The notes beneath the pieces are model-generated. The model was not told the DNA's origin and searched no databases. It was given only the letters and a program-made list of their open reading frames with translations. Shown one piece after another: positions 43,401-50,900 of a DNA stretch of 64,000 nucleotides. Each line of letters opens with the position of its first letter. Positions within the stretch are counted from its first letter, which is position 1. The position numbers were made by a program, and so were the translations under genes. Origin of the DNA: a virus; IMG/VR virus record IMGVR_UViG_3300045256_000188, positions 1 through 64,000 of that record; one strand, written 5' to 3'.

Positions 43401-44714
43401 GGGTTTGAACCCAAGCTGTTTCAACCATGCTGTTAAGGCTGACGACTTGATTATAAACACAAAATCGCCACGGCGATTGAAACCAGATTTAAATGACCCA
43501 GACCAGGCGACAGCCATCGCCACACCAACAGCATGCCAGTCGTCAACATCTTTCCGAACTGCGAAGCGTACTCGCTCATTATCCAAAAAATGGCCATCTC
43601 CGATAAACAGACCGAGGTGGTACCAAGAGTCTATGATTGTGGTGGTAGCAATCTCCGGGCGAGGGGCCAACAGCAAGTCGCCGGGGACGAGATCGCAAGC
43701 ATGACGATAGTCGCATCGGCCATTAACTAAAACAGCACATGGATGGTTGTGCGAAGTCCGCAAAATTATACCAGTCGTGGTTGTAACGTTGACAGTAGCT
43801 TCTACCTTTTCGGACCACCCACTAATTCGATAATACTTATCATTGACGCGAGCCATTACAACTTGACCAGTCTGCAAACGTTCTACCACCACTGCGGCTC
43901 GTTCGAGACCTCCGTCGGTGACTATTACAGTGTCTTCGTGAACGCACTCGTCCACAATAATCATTTCGGCCTTGCGGACGTACTCGATCAGCACCTTAGC
44001 ATTCTTGCGACGGGTCTTGAACGCCTTGAACTTCTTATCCCACTGTTCCATCCGTTTCTGGAACGAGATATCGCCTTCCCCCATCTTCTGGGTAGGGACC
44101 TCCGGTGGCTTGGTAGGCAATGTAAGTGACTGGATAGAACCGATGACCACCATCTGGCCATTGGGCCGCTTCCCAGCGTAGAACATGCCGACTTCTTCGG
44201 CCACATCCCGCAGTTCCAGCCGCTCCTTGAGTTGCTTTACTACAATCACTTGGTCAGCGAGGATGATCGTCGGGCAAGGAATAGCCTTGCAAGTGCCGGC
44301 GATGAGTTCGCCCTTACCGCCGCCGGTTGGTATGTCGATAATACCGCACTCGACCCTGACGGTCTTTCGGATGCAGTCGATCTGGTACTGCTCCAGCTTG
44401 ATGCCGGGCAGGAAATTCTCGTCGATGGTATCAGGATCGACTGTTTGGTAATTCCAAGCTGGGCGAAGATCGCGAACTGAGAGGGGTAGGTTGTGCTTGT
44501 TGCAAACACCACGGAGCATCGACAGGAATGGGCGGGCCATTCGCCGCCGGCCGCGATTGTACTTGCGGAACACCCCATCCCAATTCGCCATCTGGGTTGG
44601 GTCAACATAACGGCCCGGTCGACTAACACTGAACTCTTCCCAAAGGATGTTCTCCTCGGCGTCCGTGATGTTGTCGAAGTAAATCCACTGGTTGTCGTTG
44701 AGTATGGCGATCAC
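40365..44714 (-). CDS. SF2 DNA helicase (UvsW-like) with two inteins
   Basis: YQ, PTGGGKG, IVDE|CD, GF|SGTP, RGLD, QKIGRALR. Confidence 0.9.
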   Translation of the reverse strand: MIAILNDNQWIYFDNITDAEENILWEEFSVSRPGRYVDPTQMANWDGVFRKYNRGRRRMARPFLSMLRGVCNKHNLPLSVRDLRPAWNYQTVDPDTIDENFLPGIKLEQYQIDCIRKTVRVECGIIDIPTGGGKGELIAGTCKAIPCPTIILADQVIVVKQLKERLELRDVAEEVGMFYAGKRPNGQMVVIGSIQSLTLPTKPPEVPTQKMGEGDISFQKRMEQWDKKFKAFKTRRKNAKVLIEYVRKAEMIIVDECVHEDTVIVTDGGLERAAVVVERLQTGQVVMARVNDKYYRISGWSEKVEATVNVTTTTGIILRTSHNHPCAVLVNGRCDYRHACDLVPGDLLLAPRPEIATTTIIDSWYHLGLFIGDGHFLDNERVRFAVRKDVDDWHAVGVAMAVAWSGSFKSGFNRRGDFVFIIKSSALTAWLKQLGFKPGRKMGSIDPRFVVPSTDAAASLLRGLFDAKGSSYPSSVTCDSIDWALMNFAQKLMAYLGIGSSVFISNKRDRAQHAKLWRVAVSGENFRKWHRLVGFGFSRKQSKPVLSSVVDSERRIDPQPWLAHWREAGLPPVKLARILGTNTTGVSPGNRNKISLIRLVKWQKSIDNLIAVVPANYAAAKNLFGVSDAKVAAFAGIDSKTAWDRRQRGDDLWRGYVRNLQNRLASKRVDTSLCDYAVEIVKTVELADPARLIDLTVPGPACFEANGLLVHNCDKAVSDPWKNLFRFYFRGRRRYGFCLPGDVSVVTKDGCRKLSSFGDGQVVDVLCRSNGRDVFGVGTVVDSGFKRLWEVLFSDGTRLGASGDHLIADDLGRYIRVQDISPGQIIQTQDDRLVEKLISLTDFLGKSDPGVDLGHIAWPGLEFTRSYLDQALVGTEIDHVLASPLEFIADSGFLRGERNAVPVEELEKQEFIRRGVIQQPPMPVEVVSGLEFGREFESATAVSFSESAANFLSNGRVVDGVAAETLLEYLQSSLDLIGCLEDDGTAVTLHHSVLDSLDHALQFHRVVNAVSAEAGLPTPFLIVERLTAVQPLPSGLRGFLVLCDGKPVFHAVISQHLFFCGLHSPSSSLNDVWQFLDALRTQMPTKSPDLIGWAVHRALVYCRTVVASNGDDVVIPNAAFIPFSFDDHSLSSWKGVPVYLCRKAKTSVIEVVDTGKEVRMYDVLDVNPASNFYADGVLVHNSGTPFDPAKPVEAMVVQEHLGSVIFQETRENLTKLGRIIPCEYHMLACGLDGDINEASAYDIAYNEHITESVRFHTIVAKLCKRCKRDPMDGTLVLVDREALGFKLEEAVNLTGLRVKFIFGKTPQRKRDEALRAFERRELDVLIGGKIINRGLDLQGGCENLIIASGGKLQSEFIQKIGRALRRNRRGESKIYDFFFRCNRYLYDHSKARLKVIVQAGYPTKVVFPGGSVDGAELVKSRFKIRRKLLVPASKQPSPPVPATGGDAAT
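41172..42503 (-). mobile_element. Helicase intein 2 (interior is the antisense of an endonuclease gene)
   Basis: F|CLPGDV..ASGDH...MYDVLDV..NFYADGVLVHN|S; no nuclease motifs in the intein frame. Confidence 0.88.
41331..42311 (+). CDS. Endonuclease (Zn finger + ERYG repeats + TnsA-like PD-(D/E)XK domain) nested antisense in helicase intein 2
   Basis: CDDC..CPQC; TCLGRYGVDHP, TMMERYGCP-type repeats; YYASSYELLFLQFLD..EP.IGY..YVIDF..LIEVG; GAGGA RBS before GTG. Confidence 0.8.
   Translation: MIVKRERDKSRIGYHYVITVRCDDCPAVYQCPVDRPTYQIRTFGRHLCPQCIQKLPHIVERRRRAMEATKEKMLRDHGVENWFSVAEHQKTAKSTRQRLYGSESFNNQKRRRETCLGRYGVDHPMKLKGMVQRVQNTMMERYGCPIIFQAPDKIQRRLKIFKQRFGGNPVNDPSVRQKISRTLAEGYSSGRLKFPTKFKTGYYLDRHGRLLYYASSYELLFLQFLDGHGIAFTTQEPRIGYEFEGRRQYVIDFCTDECLIEVGPRKLKARPRNVAKIHAGVAFAQKVGKRYKLLDETIILSLDNLTWADILNSDVASQIVSDKVIT
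42579..43946 (-). mobile_element. Helicase intein 1 (LAGLIDADG, in Walker B)
   Basis: E|CVHEDT..LGLFIGDG..LIDLTV..FEANGLLVHN|C. Confidence 0.9.
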
Positions 44715-44784
44715 TCGATGACCTCTTTATCTCGCCATCCATCACAACTCGCCGCCGGTCATTACCGAATTTGACTTCTCCTTC

Positions 44785-44880
44785 AACCGGTAACACCGTT
44801 CTGACAAGGTATCTACTAATACCAGTGACAGATGGGATCTCTTTGATCGATTTACCTTCGGTGACCAAATCGCAAATACA
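44785..44880 (-). pseudogene. HTH relic, probably the N-terminus of a deleted free-standing endonuclease
   Basis: ICDLVTEGKSIKEIPSVTGISRYLVRTVL resembles the N-terminal HTH of the 13355 and 15322 proteins. Confidence 0.4.
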
Positions 44881-44882
44881 AC

Positions 44883-44913
44883 GGGAGCCTGGGATGAATA
44901 CCCCCCAGGCCCC
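44883..44913 (-). terminator. Hairpin after the RNR gene
   Basis: ggg.gcctggg...cccaggcccc inverted repeat. Confidence 0.5.
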
Positions 44914-44935
44914 GTTGGTGCCGCAACCACATACC

Positions 44936-47900
44936 CTACGTGGGCATGGCGCACTTGTCGTTGTCGCAGAACTGCGAACCCACCGCCTCGTACAGATACT
45001 CCGAGTAATCGGCGTTACCGAGCTTGGAGTTGTACTCCTCAACTTCCGCGGCCTCACACGGAATGTATGGGGCCTGGGCGTAGCCATGGTCTACGTGCGG
45101 CAGGAAACTGATGCCCTTGAGTTGGTCCTCAAAAGCTTCCAGCACGCGGGCAATGTCCGCGGCCTCGTGCGGCTTAAACTTCACGGTACACGACACTTGG
45201 TTATCGGCCCAATACCGCTGGTAATCCACGGCGTTCTGCATCTGTTCCCAGATGCTAACTTCGCCGACTGGCCGGACGCCCGATTCGCCCTTGACGCCGA
45301 AGTAGACCACCACGGTCCGGTCCGGGTCAGACAGCACCGGCTCGACCTTGAAACCCGCCTCGCGGAGGATCTTGACCAGGACCGAGTCCTTGGCGACCCG
45401 CACCAACCGCCAGTAGGTGCCGGCTTCGGGATGGTGGATGCCGGGGGAGACGCCCACGACCAGACTGACGGTGTTATGGCTTTTCACCGCCCCCGCATAG
45501 TACCAGTGACTATTATCGACCTCGACATCATATGTGCGTTGCCGTTCGCCTTGGGTTACAGCCACCACTTTGCCAAATAATCTGTTCTTCTTGCCAACTT
45601 GGTGTGTCCATGGTAAATCGGCAACGGCGTCTTCCACACACTTATTGCAGTGTTTAGCGAACAACGCGAAGCGGTCGTCCACGGTGTGTTTCATCCCAGA
45701 CAAGGACCACATTCTTCGCACGCCTTGATGATTGCGTCCCTTAGCGTTAAGCGACCTACTGAAAACAAGACCAACGGCCAACGCCACATCCTGAACGTGC
45801 CGAGCAAATAAATCCCCAGACATTGAAATGATTGGATACTGATCAGACGCCCGCCGACCAATGCAGCCATCGGAATCACACAGCCCAGCCAGGAAGGCCA
45901 AGATGTCTTCGTAGCTTGAACTGCGTATGCATTTCGGGATCAAATCAGCATTGCTCTTGATTTTCAGACAGTCGTTAATCAAGAGCCAGTGCCACAGCAA
46001 CTTGGAACCAACTTCGAGAACGAAAGCATCACGACCTTGGGAAGCCCGTGTGATTTTCGTCTCGACTCCGAATTGCTCCAGAATAACCCTTTGGGCTTTG
46101 TGTAAATTAGACAGATTTTGATCGGTGTACCGCATCCTGAATTTCAGGAACGATTGTGAACCGTCGCCCCACATGTATCCGAGCAACCACGCTAGATCCG
46201 GGTTCATGTGCGTTGGTTGCTCAATGGCTGCGACCGGACCACGCATCGACACGTGCCTAGATGATAGTTTGCAGAGGGCAGCATGGTTGCGACACGAATA
46301 AATACCAGGAGTCAGTTGCACGATGTCGCCAGGCAACAGTTCGTCGGCACGTTTCCAGTCGTTGACCTGGCTTAATTTCCGCTTCTTACCTCGGTCGTAT
46401 CGTGACACTACGAACCATTGATGGTTTGGAGTCGACTCAAGCATGAAATTGTAGTTGAGTTTGACCTTCACGACATCAGATAAGCCGTTGTCATAGGTCT
46501 TGGTGATGCGATCACCGATTGCCGTGGCAACTCCAGCCATCATCGACCGACTAGAATCGATTCCATCTCCCTGAACAGCGATCACTTCTTTGGTCATATC
46601 ACACCACCGTTCCCCATCCTGATGGCCAGACATCTCGAACAGCTCTTCGAGGGTCAGCAGACCGGCGGATGTTGTCGTCAGTGCATGCCAGGGCCGACAG
46701 CCGCTAGGCTTGACCGACGTGACCTTGATCGACTTCGGAACGCACATCCATTCCGAGTAGATCTGGTCCCAACGGCGGATCTCATTGTAGCCGGCATCGC
46801 AGAAGTCCTTGAGGACCGTGCGACGACCAAACTTGGCGAACGCTTCCACGATCCCCGACTGGCTCAGGCCGATCCGCCGGTTGCGGAGGGTGACCTGATT
46901 CGTCCGGCGATTGTGGGTTGGCAGCAGGGTGACGGTCTTGGCGTACAGGTAGGCGAACTTGAGGGTCCGCATGTAGTCGTTGGCATCATCGTGGTTCGAT
47001 GGGAACGTCTCCACGAGATTACATTGGTAAGTGATGACGTTCCCGAATACACCCATGTGGTTGTCCGGCTCATCAAAGCAATAAGTAGTATGCAGACCAG
47101 GAAGTTTCTCGACGGCAACCACATACTGCTTTTGGGCGACATCGATTCCGCGATTCGAGTATCGTGGATTCGGCTTAATCCGGCTACCGATCTTAGTTGC
47201 TCGCTTCACCCTGGTTGGGATTTCTCCGCACTCGAAGCTCGGAATCTGAATGTACCAGAGGTCGTTCTGTCGCACCCCCTTGTTCGTCACTTGCCCAGCC
47301 GGGTGATAAAAATTGACGGAGGCGTGGTTGATCCCAGCCCTGCGTAGGAGTAGTTGGGCATCACGAATCTTGGCTTCCAAACCGTAGATCCGATAGCTGT
47401 GAGTATTAGCCTGCTTACACACGCAACCGTCCGACTCGATCCAACCGGCGATGAACTCCAAGATGCTCTCACGATCGAAAGCCATCACCCACGCCGGTAA
47501 GCCGGCGTTCTTGTCGCGAAGTTCTCTGAGCTGATCGGAAGTCATACAGTCTCGAAGATTGATGCGATTATACGGGTCGCCGTAACCATCCTTATTCTGT
47601 GGTTTGTACCAACGACCTCCCATGTCCAGCGTCTTGAGTTTGGCCTTTTGGCCACAGGCGACGGCCATGGGGCGGGTATAGCGTGGCCGATTCACGAGAT
47701 CACCATCGCCAGTAGCATAGCCCATTTCAAAAGCGTTAGAGACTTTGTTACCAGCGACCCGGCCCAGAGAGAAACCCAGCACGCGGTCTCCAGGCTGTAA
47801 TTGTAGGGTTCCAACACGTCGATAGACCCGTTTTCCAACAGGCCGCACCGACCATCCGTGATTGCCGGTAGCATCCAGATAAGAACCGTCGGAGAAGTGA

Positions 47901-50900
47901 ACTCGATATAGTTCGCGGTCGCTCCCAGTGACGCGGGGCGTGACTTTCGACCAACTATCGCCGTTCCAGACTTCGACAATCTTACCAACCACGGCGTCGA
48001 TCCGGCGGATGCCATCCCGGAGCTGTAATTTAGTGTCACCACTGACACACAGCTCGTACGACTCCAGGGACTGCTCCATGCATTGACCAATTATTATCCC
48101 ATTGACAACAACTTTATTATGCCCCGGTTCGGTAAGACAGAAAGTCTCCTCCTCACCGACACGCTCAACAGACATGACCATCGCAAACAGTTTCGGTAAA
48201 GAGTTGCGGCTACCATGGTGGTCGGCCAACCAAGATGTAGCCTTTTCGGTTTTCGAAGCCTGTATAAAACCGATCTGATTCATGAACAGCTGAACGTTAG
48301 TACGACCGGAGATTATTAGTTCGTGGCCACCATTTCCATCGTTCATAAGTCTGGTGGTAACCGCTTGTCTTCGCAGGACGCTAGAATTGATCCCAAACTG
48401 CCTAAGCAACAGTTGACATTCATTCAAGAATGACTTCGATTTCTGGCCGGCCCTGATAGAGATTGATAGTTTGTAGTTGCTAATCTGTACACCACCGTCC
48501 GCACTAAAGAAGCCCCTAAGGAAAGCTGCCACTGTTTCGCGAGTGCCACCCCAAATAGATGTAGGGACCCTGTGCTTGTCGCCTGGAACAACACCGTCAC
48601 TATTAAGCAATCGACCCAGGACATTGGACCTGATCGATTTCTGCCGATGGCTGAAATGCTCCTGACGGCGTTCACTGCCATCGAAATCGGGAGACTGATC
48701 ACTGGATTGATTGTGCCGATGATAGACATCCAATAGATTACGGCGCAACACCGGTAAGACCTCTTCGATATCGTCCTGATGACAGGCCACAAACGCCGTC
48801 ACCTGACCATCACGCTGTTGTGACAGTGAGCCATCTCCGATCACCCAGCCAGCCAATTCAGCATAGTGCGGATCGCTGAATTGCCCGAATGCTGGCACGA
48901 AATGAAGTGGCAAACGGTGACCCGGAACCAATTCACATAGCCGTACCCTGTGCTCAACCATATCATCATCCAAGACTACGAAGACATGATCAGCGGTGGC
49001 GTCGATATACTGACCATTACTAAGCATCACGCGGAATATTTCAGCACGTTCGCTAGTTCGATAAACATTGGTAGCAGTAACCACACCAGCATGGTTTACT
49101 ACTCTGAGTGTGCCATGCTTGTCAACGGATGGTTGACCGCTATACTCCTGAAACCCACCACTTACCCACAGTTCGCGCATCGTGCGATATCCGTTCTCGG
49201 TCAACAACCTCATGGCTCCCGCAAAACAAGGGTTCGCCCCCATCACGCGGCCATCCACACCGGGCTTGAGGCCGTCCACCATCCGCCCGTAGTCGCGGAC
49301 GTTGTTGAGCCAGATGATACCCGGCTCGCCGTTGACGCCGATCTGCTGACCGACAGGACGGTAATCCATGCCGAGCTTGGCGAAGATCGAGTTGTTGGAT
49401 GCCCAGCGGTGGTGGTTAAGGGCGTTCCAGGTCTGGATTGCCGGCAGCAACCGCTCATCCGGGATGTCCTTACCGGCGAAGTCGTCCTTGGTGGCCGAGT
49501 TCCGCTTGGCGGCGTAAATCTTGCCCGTAACTTCGAACCACGCATCCATGTCCTGCGGCAGCAGGGTCTTGGTCGGGTTCTTCATCGAGCAGTACGCTTC
49601 GTCGTCGGCGTCACCGAAGGCGATTTCGGCGGTGTTATGCACCAAACGCCCCTCCGCCACGAACTCGCTGCGGTCCGGCACGGACAGATCGTAGGTCTCG
49701 ACGGTCACTCCCTCGTCCACGACTGAGGTCACCGCCACCGGAATCAGACCCTTTGTCTTCAGGCCCAGCGTAGTAGCACTTGAATAGGTCATCTGTTCCT
49801 GTTGCGGCGTCCAGGTTCGGCCGTAGTCAGCATACATCACACTCTTGCTGACCATCTCCGTCGGGTAGCCGAAATCGTGGCCGCTGGCCCGTCCCATCTC
49901 GCGAAGCTGCTTGACCGCATGGGGCTGGACATGCTGGCGGAAACCGGCGATGGCATACTCGCCCAGCAACGAGATCTCCCATTTGGCCTGGCCAGCAGCG
50001 TCGGCCTTCTTACGGAGCCGCAATTTGGTCGGGATACCAAGGCTTGAGTATACGGCCTGCACCTGCCGTAGGAAGTCACGATATACGCTAGTCACCAGGG
50101 TGGTTGGACGGTTCTTGGTGGAACCGTCGCTGTCCAGCAGCCCGGCGAGGTAGGCAGATCTGATCTCCGGGATCCCCATGCGGATACAGGCCGGTACGTC
50201 AAGGGGCTTACGGGCCTGCTTAACGTGAGTGTACAAATAGTGGGCCAGTCGCTTGGAAATGACACGGATCTTGCGACAATTATCTTGGCTGCGTTGCTCG
50301 CCGGGGGCGTCGAAACCGAAGGCCGCAAATCCGGCGTTCACTTTGGCGGTGATACCATCATGGTATTCGTCTCGATTTACGGGGATCGTCACCGAGGCTC
50401 CATGGTACTTGCGGCCCTTGTGGGCACGCCCAGGATACACGTAGCCGCCGCCATGTACGGCCCCCAGGAACCACGCCACGTCCGTGGTCAGACCGGGGAC
50501 GATCAGGGTTGACCCGCGGCCGGATAGGTCACTGTAGCCGGGCAGGACGGTATCGGTACCGGGGATGACGGCATCCACGAACACCATTCGGTCACCGGCC
50601 CGGAGTTCGTGGGCACGCTTCCACTCGTATTGGTCCAGGCCGCTCATCACGGCGATCCGGTGCCTGTCGGTGCAGCGGAACGGCCCCATCAGACTGTTGA
50701 TGGTCACCACCCGCTGAACCCCCTGGGCCACGTTTTCGGCGACCGGGTAATAGCCGTCGGCGGTGAGGACTAAATCACCGACCTGTACCTGTTCGATCGG
50801 GACCAACCCGCGTTTGAGGTGAACCAGGGTGCCCTTGGGCAAGCACCGACGGACATTCCCAGCAACCACGCAACGACCAATGTAGTTCATCAAGTCGGTG

